From a virus, in the IMG/VR virus record IMGVR_UViG_3300044653_000098, positions 64,001 to 128,000 of that record: a stretch of 64,000 nt of DNA. One strand, given 5' to 3'. Below the pieces are notes generated by a model. That model was given only the letters and a program-made list of their open reading frames with translations, ran no database searches and had not been told where the DNA came from. The position numbers and the translations under genes are program-made. Below, piece by piece: positions 56,598 to 63,866 of the stretch. Position 1 is the first letter of the stretch; each line of letters begins with the position of its first letter.

Positions 56598-56615
56598 CGC
56601 TGTAGCAGGTAGCCC

Positions 56616-56687
56616 GCCGCACTAACACAATGGCTAGTGTGTCTGTCTTCCAAGCAGAGAATGCGAGTTCGATTCTCGCGTGCGGCT
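56616..56687 (+). tRNA. tRNA-Gly(TCC)
   Basis: TCTGT-CTTCCAA-GCAGA; U73. Confidence 0.9.
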
Positions 56688-56792
56688 CGGTGACGAGCAG
56701 AGCTGAAACCTCTGTGATCGCGCAAGTGGCTGGCAGGCCACGGCCGGGCAGGCTCTGGGGGACTGCCATCTCGCAGGGGTGCCCGGTTCTGA

Positions 56793-56865
56793 GTGCCGCT
56801 AGCACAACGGTTACTGCACCTGACTCTTAATCAGGGGGTTCTCGGTTCGAGTCCGAGGCGGCGCA
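56793..56865 (+). tRNA. tRNA-Lys(CTT)
   Basis: CCTGA-CTCTTAA-TCAGG. Confidence 0.9.
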
Positions 56866-56866
56866 C

Positions 56867-56942
56867 GGGCGAGTACGTCCAACTGGCAGAGCGGCCGGCC
56901 TCAAAATCCGCGCGGTTGCGGGTTCGACTCCCGCCTCGCCTA
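56867..56942 (+). tRNA. tRNA-Leu(CAA), short variable arm
   Basis: Loop CTCAAAA, imperfect anticodon stem, canonical T-arm. Confidence 0.75.
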
Positions 56943-56947
56943 CACGA

Positions 56948-57021
56948 TGGAGCATGGTGGTAATTCGGTATCCCACTGGGCCCTGAACCCAGGGATCCAG
57001 GTTCGAGTCCTGGTGCTCCAG
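56948..57021 (+). tRNA. tRNA-Gln(CTG), C33
   Basis: CTGGG-CCCTGAA-CCCAG; U1-A72, G73. Confidence 0.85.
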
Positions 57022-57023
57022 CT

Positions 57024-57116
57024 AGTCCTGGCCCGGCTTTCCCTGAATTGACAGGCGACCCCGAAGCGTGACGGCGCATAAGGGGACGGGCACGACGGTG
57101 CGGTCCGGCCGGGACT
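57024..57116 (+). ncRNA. Unassigned multibranch structured RNA
   Basis: AGTCCTGGCC/GGCCGGGACT closing stem with three internal hairpins, two carrying GACG loops. Confidence 0.5.
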
Positions 57117-57120
57117 TCAT

Positions 57121-57195
57121 GCCTCCGTAGCTCAATGGTGGAGCAGTGCCCCCGTAAGGCACAGGCCGCAGGGTCAGTACCTGCCGGAGGCTCCA
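57121..57195 (+). tRNA. tRNA-Thr(CGT), C33, non-canonical T-loop
   Basis: GTGCC-CCCGTAA-GGCAC; T-loop GTCAGTA; encoded CCA. Confidence 0.8.
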
Positions 57196-57196
57196 T

Positions 57197-57285
57197 GCGC
57201 TCGTGGCGGAATAGGTATACGCGCTAGCCCGAGATGCTAGTGCTCCGCGAGGGGCGTGCGGGTTCGACTCCCGCCGAGCGCACCA
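57197..57285 (+). tRNA. tRNA-Leu(GAG), C33
   Basis: CTAGC-CCGAGAT-GCTAG, long variable arm, encoded CCA. Confidence 0.85.
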
Positions 57286-57286
57286 C

Positions 57287-57355
57287 GCCGCCGCGCACGG
57301 CTTGCGGCCCGGCTCCTGTAAAGCTGGAGGTCCGGATCGGCACCGGACGGCGGCT
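57287..57355 (+). tRNA. tRNA-Thr(TGT), C33, degenerate D/T loops
   Basis: GCCGCCG/CGGCGGC-T acceptor; CGGCT-CCTGTAA-AGCTG. Confidence 0.65.
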
Positions 57356-57359
57356 CTGC

Positions 57360-57433
57360 TCCGGGATCGGGTTGCCGGCATCCCGACGCGGCTTTGGACC
57401 GCGGTCACGCTGGTTCGAGTCCAGCTCCCGGAA
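57360..57433 (+). tRNA. tRNA-Gln(TTG)
   Basis: CGCGG-CTTTGGA-CCGCG. Confidence 0.8.
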
Positions 57434-57437
57434 CGAT

Positions 57438-57509
57438 GCCTGCCTAGTGATAACGGCAGCACGCGTCCTTGGTAAGGACGTAGACGGAGTTCAATTCTCC
57501 GGGCAGGCT
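57438..57509 (+). tRNA. tRNA-Thr(GGT)
   Basis: CGTCC-TTGGTAA-GGACG. Confidence 0.9.
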
Positions 57510-57513
57510 CTGT

Positions 57514-57586
57514 GTGGACGTGGCGAAGCTGGTATCGCATCTGCTTGCCAAGCAGAAGATCGCGGGTTCGATCCCCGTCGTCCACT
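57514..57586 (+). tRNA. tRNA-Gly(GCC)
   Basis: TCTGC-TTGCCAA-GCAGA. Confidence 0.9.
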
Positions 57587-57683
57587 CTCCGGCTGCGGTG
57601 TTCACCGTGCCAATGCGAAGGGCCCGACAGGTTCGGTAACCCGGATGGATAAGTCTGCTAGGCCAGCAGGCAAACGGTTGAAT

Positions 57684-57767
57684 GTCCCGGTGGCGTAATT
57701 GGTAGCCGCGCACGGCTCAGACCCGTGTGCCTTAACGGGCGTGAGGGTTCGACCCCCTCCTGGGACA
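57684..57767 (+). tRNA. tRNA-Leu(CAG)
   Basis: CACGG-CTCAGAC-CCGTG, long variable arm. Confidence 0.9.
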
Positions 57768-57773
57768 CGATCG

Positions 57774-57853
57774 GAACTCCCTCCCGCCGCGGTTCGCGAA
57801 CGCGGTGATCAGGAGAGCTAAGGGTCTGGCCCCGCGCCCGGCCGGAGGAGTTC
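57774..57853 (+). ncRNA. Unassigned structured RNA
   Basis: GAACTCC/GGAGTTC closing stem; CGCCGCG/CGCGGTG and TCTGGCC/GGCCGGA hairpins. Confidence 0.5.
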
Positions 57854-57887
57854 ACAGTCAATGCGCATGGCAAGCGGGGCGTGACAT

Positions 57888-57961
57888 GGTCTGCGACCAG
57901 CTGGAGGTTGGAGGCGGCCTGCAAAGCCGTCAGCAGCGGGGTTCGATTCCCCGGCGGGCCT
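57888..57961 (+). tRNA. tRNA-Cys(GCA)
   Basis: GCGGC-CTGCAAA-GCCGT; U73. Confidence 0.8.
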
Positions 57962-57965
57962 CTAA

Positions 57966-58163
57966 CAGGCTCCGTCTGCGTGGATTTCGCAGTTCGGGCC
58001 GTTCCCCGGCGGGATGGCATTGGCGGAGGCTGCGGCCGCGCTCAGGAGGGTGCCGAGTGCAATACCCGCGGCGAGAAGGGCTGCTAGAAGTCGGTAGCGC
58101 ATGGTCTTCACCTTTCTGCTGGTAGCTGTCACGGTACGCCTAAGTGATTGTTCTGCACAGGCA
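57966..58163 (+). ncRNA. Unassigned ~200-nt structured RNA
   Basis: GATGGC/GCTGTC and TGGCGGAG/TTTCTGCTG stems enclosing GCCGCG/CGCGGC and GAAGG/TCTTC branches. Confidence 0.45.
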
Positions 58164-58164
58164 T

Positions 58165-58249
58165 GGAGCGGTGGCCGAGCGGCCTATGGCGGTGTCCTGC
58201 TAAGGCACTCACCGGAAACGGTGCGCGGGTTCAAATCCCGCTCGCTCCT
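58165..58249 (+). tRNA. tRNA-Ser(GCT)
   Basis: GTGTC-CTGCTAA-GGCAC, long variable arm. Confidence 0.9.
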
Positions 58250-58252
58250 CTT

Positions 58253-58337
58253 GGAAGGTAGCGCCGAGGATGGCGAACTGGTCCCGAAAACCAGGCCGGG
58301 GTGAGTAGCCCCGAGGGTTCGATTCCTTTACCTTCCT
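58253..58337 (+). tRNA. tRNA-Ser(CGA), C33
   Basis: CTGGT-CCCGAAA-ACCAG, long variable arm. Confidence 0.8.
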
Positions 58338-58341
58338 CTGA

Positions 58342-58415
58342 CCGCCCCGGCTCAGCCGGTGAAGAGGCCCGTCTGATAAGCGGGTAGTCGCATGGTTCAA
58401 CTCCATGGGGGCGGA
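58342..58415 (+). tRNA. tRNA-Ile(GAT)
   Basis: CCCGT-CTGATAA-GCGGG. Confidence 0.8.
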
Positions 58416-58416
58416 C

Positions 58417-58491
58417 TGGCCAGTAGCACAAAGGTAAGTGCACCCGTCTTATAAGCGGGCGATACGGAGTCAAGACCCGGCTGGCCTACCA
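58417..58491 (+). tRNA. tRNA-Ile(TAT), aberrant T-arm
   Basis: CCCGT-CTTATAA-GCGGG; encoded CCA. Confidence 0.7.
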
Positions 58492-58564
58492 GCTCCCCGC
58501 GCCCGACTGGACGGGCACCGGACTTTTAATCCGGACTGACTGGGTTCGATTCCTTGGGGGAGCA
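58492..58564 (+). tRNA. tRNA-Lys(TTT)
   Basis: CCGGA-CTTTTAA-TCCGG. Confidence 0.85.
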
Positions 58565-58569
58565 CGCAA

Positions 58570-58641
58570 GCGTCGCTGGTGTAAAGGAAGCGCGCTCGCC
58601 TTCTAAGCGAGATGGTCTCAGTTCGATTCTGGGGCGACGCA
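58570..58641 (+). tRNA. tRNA-Arg(TCT)
   Basis: CTCGC-CTTCTAA-GCGAG. Confidence 0.9.
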
Positions 58642-58642
58642 C

Positions 58643-58713
58643 GGCTCGTTAGGTTAACGGCAGACCGCCTGGTTCTCAGCCAGGGAGCAGGGGTTCAATT
58701 CCCCTACGAGCTA
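58643..58713 (+). tRNA. tRNA-Glu(CTC)
   Basis: CCTGG-TTCTCAG-CCAGG. Confidence 0.9.
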
Positions 58714-58717
58714 CTTT

Positions 58718-58795
58718 GCCGCTGTTACTCTGATGGTAAGGGGTAGCCGGGTTTTCACCCCGGACACGACGCGGGTTCGAGTCCCGTCAGCGGCT
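58718..58795 (+). tRNA. tRNA-Glu(TTC)
   Basis: CCGGG-TTTTCAC-CCCGG. Confidence 0.8.
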
Positions 58796-58796
58796 C

Positions 58797-58870
58797 TGCG
58801 GACAGCAGCACCGGTCGTGCTGAACGGTCTCATAAGCCGAGATAGCTGGGTTCGACTCCCAGGTCCGCAA
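58797..58870 (+). tRNA. tRNA-Met(CAT) (elongator or Ile2 type)
   Basis: CGGT-CTCATAA-GCCG; TGCGGAC/GTCCGCA acceptor. Confidence 0.75.
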
Positions 58871-58883
58871 CTGTTCAATCTGA

Positions 58884-58957
58884 TCCGGCGTAGCTCAGTC
58901 TGGTAGAGCAGCCGCCCGTTAAGCGGAAGCGCGCAGGTTCGAGCCCTGCCGCCGGAG
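58884..58957 (+). tRNA. tRNA-Asn(GTT), C33
   Basis: CCGC-CCGTTAA-GCGG; U1-A72, G73. Confidence 0.85.
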
Positions 58958-58969
58958 CGCAGTAATCAT

Positions 58970-59042
58970 GGTTCTGTAGCTCAGTGGTCAGAGCGTCCGC
59001 CTGTCGAGCGGAGGGCCGCGGGTTCGACTCCCGTCAGGACCG
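58970..59042 (+). tRNA. tRNA-Asp(GTC)
   Basis: TCCGC-CTGTCGA-GCGGA; G73. Confidence 0.9.
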
Positions 59043-59053
59043 CGCATGATAAA

Positions 59054-59128
59054 GGGTGCTTAGCTCAGCGGAAGAGCAGCAGCACGACACGCTGAAGGCC
59101 GCAGGTTCGATCCCTGCAGCGCCCACCA
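59054..59128 (+). tRNA. tRNA-Val(GAC), C33
   Basis: CAGC-ACGACAC-GCTG; encoded CCA. Confidence 0.85.
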
Positions 59129-59216
59129 TGCGCGTTACGCCGGAGAACGGCCGCCCAATACGCGCAGCAGGGGACTGTCGTACAGGCGGAGGAAGTCGGC
59201 TTGGCGGTCCCAACTA

Positions 59217-59288
59217 GCGTCCATCGTTCAACGGATAGGACGGCAGGCTACGGACCTGCTGATGGGAGTTCGAGTCTTCCTGGACGCA
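59217..59288 (+). tRNA. tRNA-Arg(ACG)
   Basis: GCAGG-CTACGGA-CCTGC. Confidence 0.9.
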
Positions 59289-59289
59289 C

Positions 59290-59361
59290 GGGCCGTTAGC
59301 TCAGCGGCAGAGCGGCGCCCCCACACGGCGCGCAGCGGAGGTTCGAGTCCTCCATGGCCCA
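59290..59361 (+). tRNA. tRNA-Val(CAC), C33
   Basis: GCGCC-CCCACAC-GGCGC. Confidence 0.85.
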
Positions 59362-59363
59362 CT

Positions 59364-59434
59364 GAGGGCGAACCGCATGGCGCGGAGGCTGGTTGTGAGC
59401 CAGTCAGCAGCGGGTTCGAATCCCGTCGTCCTCC
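59364..59434 (+). tRNA. tRNA-His(GTG), no encoded G-1
   Basis: GCTGG-TTGTGAG-CCAGT; C73. Confidence 0.75.
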
Positions 59435-59520
59435 CTTTCCCCCGGTCGTAGGGCCGCACCCGGCAGGGTGATCCGGAGAGCCTGTGTCCATCAGGGCGGG
59501 GATCAAAAACTCCGGGCTAT

Positions 59521-59601
59521 GGCGGAGTGACCCGAGATGGCATGGGAGCGGTCTGTAAAACCGTCGCTTCGGCACGGCTGGTTCGATTCCAGCGTCCGCC
59601 A
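59521..59601 (+). tRNA. tRNA-Tyr(GTA)
   Basis: GCGGT-CTGTAAA-ACCGT, GC-TTCG-GC variable arm. Confidence 0.85.
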
Positions 59602-59656
59602 CTCTCCGGGTGCAGGAGCCACACGGCTTGGCCGCCGTGCCTGCCCCGGAGCGTAA

Positions 59657-59728
59657 GCGCCTATCGTTCAGTGGATAGGATCGCGGCCCCCGAAGCCGCA
59701 GACGCTGGTTCGAGTCCAGCTGGGCGCA
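59657..59728 (+). tRNA. tRNA-Arg(CCG), C33
   Basis: GCGGC-CCCCGAA-GCCGC. Confidence 0.85.
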
Positions 59729-59729
59729 C

Positions 59730-59804
59730 TGGCCTGAAGCTCAATGGACGAGCGGTCGCCCCCTAAGCGAACGGCTGCGGGTTCGAGTCCCGTCAGGCCG
59801 GCCA
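59730..59804 (+). tRNA. tRNA-Arg(CCT), C33
   Basis: TCGC-CCCCTAA-GCGA; encoded CCA. Confidence 0.8.
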
Positions 59805-60016
59805 CATCGATGCTCACGCTGCGAGTTGTCCTGGTATCCGGTTCGGCGTTTCTTGCCCGTCGTCCTATCCGGCCCGGCCCCGTCCAAGCGCTCCCGCGGA
59901 GATAGCTGTTGTGGCGGGGCCCGGTCGTATGATAGAGTTGCTTTCGTAACCGCCCGGACCTGCCTATCAGTGCGACGCAGCCGGGCGGACCGCTTTTCCG
60001 GGCCGATGAGCCGGCC

Positions 60017-60511
60017 ATGGACCTGTCCGGCGCCACCCTGGCTGAGCTGAACGCCGAGCTGATCACGCGCACCGCCCCGGTCGAGTCGCTCGACCGGCTG
60101 TTTGCGTTGCCTGATTGGGTGACCGACCCGGATCTGTGCAACTCCTACGAGGTGCTGGTCGCCCGGCTCCGGAGAGAGACCGACCACCTGCCCCTGAACA
60201 CGCTCCAGCAGATGAGGATCGAGCGGATCGTCTTCAACTACATCGTGCTGAAGTTCAGGGAGTCTCACGCGGGCAGCGACCACCAGTTCACGGACCACCT
60301 CAAGGACTGGAACACCTACTGGGCCTCGATCACCCGGGAGTTCGACGCGGTGCTGCGCGCCTGGCAGCCCAAAGAGCAGGACGCGATCATGCACATGGTG
60401 AAGCTGGCCGTCGAAGAGGTGATCGCGACGATCGAGGACACCGGGGTGCGCAATGACCTCGTGCGGAGGTTCCCCGACACCTTCAAGCGCATGGGCCTGA
60501 TCAGCGCCTGA
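60017..60511 (+). CDS. Hypothetical helical protein (possible terminase small subunit)
   Basis: Strong coding signal; first gene of the morphogenesis block. Function guessed from size and position only. Confidence 0.55.
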   Translation: MDLSGATLAELNAELITRTAPVESLDRLFALPDWVTDPDLCNSYEVLVARLRRETDHLPLNTLQQMRIERIVFNYIVLKFRESHAGSDHQFTDHLKDWNTYWASITREFDAVLRAWQPKEQDAIMHMVKLAVEEVIATIEDTGVRNDLVRRFPDTFKRMGLISA

Positions 60512-60524
60512 CGAAGTATCGTGC

Positions 60525-61103
60525 GTGGCTGGCTACCTGGACAAGCTCCTGGGACTCGCCGCGGTGCGGGTGCCGGAGTACCAGCGCCGGAGCGCGAAGG
60601 GCGGCGCGGTAAGCGTCTCCAGCTATACCCGCATGGGCCGCGACGCGATGCAGTCCCACCTGACCTCCTCGCACGGGATGGACGCCCGCGGGCTGGGAAA
60701 GGACTTCAGCCACCCGACCAGCCTCGCCGCTTGGCACGGCGCCGACCACGTCGCCCGCGGCGACGGGCTGGACCACCAGCACCCCGAGGGCATCGCGGCG
60801 CACGCCGACCACGCCGTGGCTCATGAGAGCGAGCATGGCCACGGGCTCGGGGCTGTGGCCGGCCACATGGCGGTCTGGGAGGCCCCTGCTATCGCCCACC
60901 GTGAGGTGCGCCGGACCGTCGACCGCCAGACGCGCCGCCGGCTCTACCGGCTGGACAAGCACCGCGGTGGCTCGAAGAAGCGCCCAGGAGGCGGCTTCGC
61001 GTCCGGTGTGGCGTCAGGAGCGTCGGGCTCCTCCTCCGGTGGGGGCGGAGGATCGGGTGGCTCAGGGAGCAGCTCAGGCTCGTCTGGAGGCAACAGCCAG
61101 TGA
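60525..61103 (+). CDS. Hypothetical His/Gly-rich virion-associated protein
   Basis: VRVPEYQRR..KGGAVSVSSYTR motif typical of phage head-module proteins. Confidence 0.55.
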   Translation: MAGYLDKLLGLAAVRVPEYQRRSAKGGAVSVSSYTRMGRDAMQSHLTSSHGMDARGLGKDFSHPTSLAAWHGADHVARGDGLDHQHPEGIAAHADHAVAHESEHGHGLGAVAGHMAVWEAPAIAHREVRRTVDRQTRRRLYRLDKHRGGSKKRPGGGFASGVASGASGSSSGGGGGSGGSGSSSGSSGGNSQ

Positions 61104-62104
61104 CGTACCTGGAGAGGCTCCTCGCGCTCACGCCGCAGACGCCCGAGGCGTCGACCGTGCCCAAGCCCATCCACCCTGGTGGCCCTGGTCTCTGGCACCA
61201 TAAGAAATGGATGGCGCCACCCTACGTGGAGCACGTCGCCCAGGCTCTGATGCGCCGGGGCAAGTCCGAGTCCGAGGCGTACCACCTGGCGGTCGGATTG
61301 ATGCACTCATGGAGTGCAGGTCACGACGGTCATGGACACCACGTGCACGCCGACGTCAAGGCGGCGGCCGCCGCCAACCTCGCCAAGTGGGAGGAGCTGC
61401 GCGGCCGCGCCCACGCCAGCCACTTGGCCAAGAAGGCAAAGGGGCACAGCAAGAGCCATCACGATCTCGCGGCGAGCGCTGCGTGGGACGAGATCGGTGA
61501 GCTGATGGTGGAGTTCGCCCGGACCGCCCCGCTCGACATCATGGAGCTGGCCTCGGGCCCGACCTACTTCTACGACGCTTCGATGCTCAAGGGAGGATCG
61601 GAGGCCAGCGCGCCGGGCGCCAAGCGGATCACCAGCAACCAGCTGCGCCAGAATCCGAGCCAGACAGTTGCCGCCAACCCCCCGCTACCGCCCGGCGTCA
61701 CGCTGCCCACCCCGGCCGAGCTGAACCAGCTCGCCGCGAATATCTCCTCGGCCGGCCTGCCCGAGAGCGACCTCATCCGTGGCGCCCGCGATCACGCCAG
61801 GGCAGCAGCCATGAAGATGCAGGCTAACCAGCCGGTCGACGCGCTGCACATGCTGCGCGCGTGCCAGGCGGGGATCGTCTCAGCCCACCGGGAGTACAAC
61901 GGCAGTCTCATCCCGGTGGCCAATGTGTTCAGCGCGCGGCTGGCGCCTGCTGAAGCAGCCTCGGCGCGGGCCGAGATGTTCGAGGGACTGAAGACCCGCG
62001 ACACCTTCCGCCAGCTGGCTACGCAGTGTGCGCAGTTCATCGACCGGATCCGCCGTCACATCTTCCATGGTTTGTATAACCACATGGCCGAGGCAAGGTT
62101 CTAG
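61100..62104 (+). CDS. Hypothetical head-module protein
   Basis: PPYVEHVAQAL..RG.SES.AY..AV...W and A.WEELR motifs resemble actinophage head-region proteins. Confidence 0.6.
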   Translation: MTYLERLLALTPQTPEASTVPKPIHPGGPGLWHHKKWMAPPYVEHVAQALMRRGKSESEAYHLAVGLMHSWSAGHDGHGHHVHADVKAAAAANLAKWEELRGRAHASHLAKKAKGHSKSHHDLAASAAWDEIGELMVEFARTAPLDIMELASGPTYFYDASMLKGGSEASAPGAKRITSNQLRQNPSQTVAANPPLPPGVTLPTPAELNQLAANISSAGLPESDLIRGARDHARAAAMKMQANQPVDALHMLRACQAGIVSAHREYNGSLIPVANVFSARLAPAEAASARAEMFEGLKTRDTFRQLATQCAQFIDRIRRHIFHGLYNHMAEARF

Positions 62105-62721
62105 TGGACAAGGTCACCCGCCTGCTGCAGCTCGCTGCACAGGACATCAGCCCGTCGAGCACCATGATCTACCTGCAGGCCCCGCCAGCGCTGTTTCCTG
62201 GTGAGGTGATCGATAAGCCCGGCCACCTCACCGTGGTGTATCTGGGCAAGGTCGGGCAGGCCGAGTTCACCACCGCCTGCGAGCGGGCGAAGTCCGCGGC
62301 CGGCGCGGTGCCGCCGATCCACGCCACGGTTGGCGGCCTTGGCTCGTTCGAGCCGACGGAGAACTCCGACGGCAAGAAGGTCTACTACTGCCCCGTCTAC
62401 GGCGACGGCATTCACTGGCTGCGTGCGCTGCTGGCCGACCTCGCCGCGCCGAACGCGCTGCCGTTCGTCCCGCACATCACCCTGGCCTACGCGGACGAGG
62501 GCGATGACCCCCCGCCTCCGGTCACCAGCGGCCGGCTGTGCTTCACCCAGCTGTACGTCGCCCGCGGCGCGCAGATCTGCGCCTACCCGCTGAAAGGCGG
62601 CCACGAGCCGCACGGTTCCGGTCAGCACATGCGGGACCGGCGGCCGGGCGAGGCTCCGCTGAGCCGGATCGACGCTGTGGTGGAGCTGGCCGACAAGGTG
62701 GCGCCGGGATGGCGTACCTAA
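62104..62721 (+). CDS. 2H phosphoesterase (2'-5' RNA ligase/Acb1-like)
   Basis: Two HxT motifs: GHLTVVYLG and PHITLAY. Confidence 0.85.
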   Translation: MDKVTRLLQLAAQDISPSSTMIYLQAPPALFPGEVIDKPGHLTVVYLGKVGQAEFTTACERAKSAAGAVPPIHATVGGLGSFEPTENSDGKKVYYCPVYGDGIHWLRALLADLAAPNALPFVPHITLAYADEGDDPPPPVTSGRLCFTQLYVARGAQICAYPLKGGHEPHGSGQHMRDRRPGEAPLSRIDAVVELADKVAPGWRT

Positions 62722-62828
62722 TACTGAGGTGGCGTGCAGCCGGTCCTCTTGCGGTCTTGCCCGGCGTCTGGCAGCAAAGCCGGACCGCGTCAGCTGCCAG
62801 GCACGCCACCTCGCAGTACGATGGACGT

Positions 62829-63008
62829 ATGACTGTTCCCGAAGCTCGCAAGCACATCGGCCACCGGGTGCGCTACCAGATCGGCGCCTGGGTGCAGTTC
62901 GGCCACATCACCTGGGCTGGCCAGGGGCAGGTGCTGGCCCTGTTCGACGGCGCGTGCCATCCGCGGTCTGTCTGCCCTGGGGCGCTCAAGCTGGCGCCCA
63001 GCCTGTAG
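62829..63008 (+). CDS. Small hypothetical protein
   Basis: TACGAT-N6-ATG; SH3-like beta pattern. Confidence 0.45.
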   Translation: MTVPEARKHIGHRVRYQIGAWVQFGHITWAGQGQVLALFDGACHPRSVCPGALKLAPSL

Positions 63009-63029
63009 CGGGCGCCGATGTAGCAGGGC

Positions 63030-63866
63030 ATGACGACTGCCCTGGACAAGGTGCTCGCCGCGACTGCGGAGCTGACCTCCCCTGCGCCGCTCAGTGACGA
63101 GGAAGAGGCCATCCGCACCACGGTGCTGGTCGAGGCCGCCGGCTCCGCGGTGGCCGAGGCGTGCCGCCTGCTCGGCGGGGTGTCTCTGGACGCCTGCCCC
63201 TCGGCCGTGGTCGAGGCCGCCGCCAGCCTGCTCGGCGCCAGCCTCGCCTTTGAAGGGCTGGAACTGGCTCCGGACGACGACTGGGTCGAAGCCACCGCGC
63301 TCGACGTCACCGCGCTGGCCCTGGCCGGGGCTTCTGGTTCCTCGAAGCCGTACGGAGACGTATCGTACGCAGACCCCGGCTACCAGCAAGATGGCAAGAA
63401 GCGCTATCCGCTGGACAGCAAGCACCTGCGGGCAGCGATCTCCTATTTCAGCCAGTCCGACAACCGTGAGCCGTACACCTCGGAGCAGATCAAGGCCATC
63501 TGGGGCAGGATCAAGTCGGCCGCGAGCAAGGCGGGTATCAACCTGTCGCCCTCCACGGGCAAGGTCGCTGCGTCTGCGCCCCTGGACATGGCCGGCCTGC
63601 TGGAGCTGGCCGCCAAGGGCCAGCAGTTCCCCGAGCGCGTCATCAAGAACCACCCCCGATTCCACGGCGGCCACGAGCACGACCACATGCACCTGAACGA
63701 CAACCGGCACGGGCCGTCGGTGGCCGGGTTCGCCGCGGGCGGGAACAACTCGATCACCGCCTACAACCACCCGCCCATGACCGGGATGCACGCCCACGCT
63801 CACGTGCACGCCAACGACGCCACTCACGGCCCCATGCGGGCGCACGATGACGACGACTGGGGCTGA
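63030..63866 (+). CDS. DUF6582-domain protein (phage head-module associated)
   Basis: YGDV.YADPGYQ.DGKKRYPLD....RAA.SY.....N...Y...Q...I..RI..AA..GI. Confidence 0.7.
   Translation: MTTALDKVLAATAELTSPAPLSDEEEAIRTTVLVEAAGSAVAEACRLLGGVSLDACPSAVVEAAASLLGASLAFEGLELAPDDDWVEATALDVTALALAGASGSSKPYGDVSYADPGYQQDGKKRYPLDSKHLRAAISYFSQSDNREPYTSEQIKAIWGRIKSAASKAGINLSPSTGKVAASAPLDMAGLLELAAKGQQFPERVIKNHPRFHGGHEHDHMHLNDNRHGPSVAGFAAGGNNSITAYNHPPMTGMHAHAHVHANDATHGPMRAHDDDDWG

Noticed and set aside
57768-58163. HDV-like (theta), hammerhead or twister ribozymes after tRNAs
   Set aside because: Fragments such as GCTAA are present, but I could not build the nested pseudoknot or the catalytic cores by eye; left as unassigned RNAs.
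55533-59766. ORFs called across the tRNA array
   Set aside because: They overlap well-formed tRNAs and lack coding bias.
55667-59804. Suppressor or selenocysteine tRNA and recoded genetic code
   Set aside because: No CTA, TTA or TCA anticodon was found, and all three stop codons terminate genes normally.
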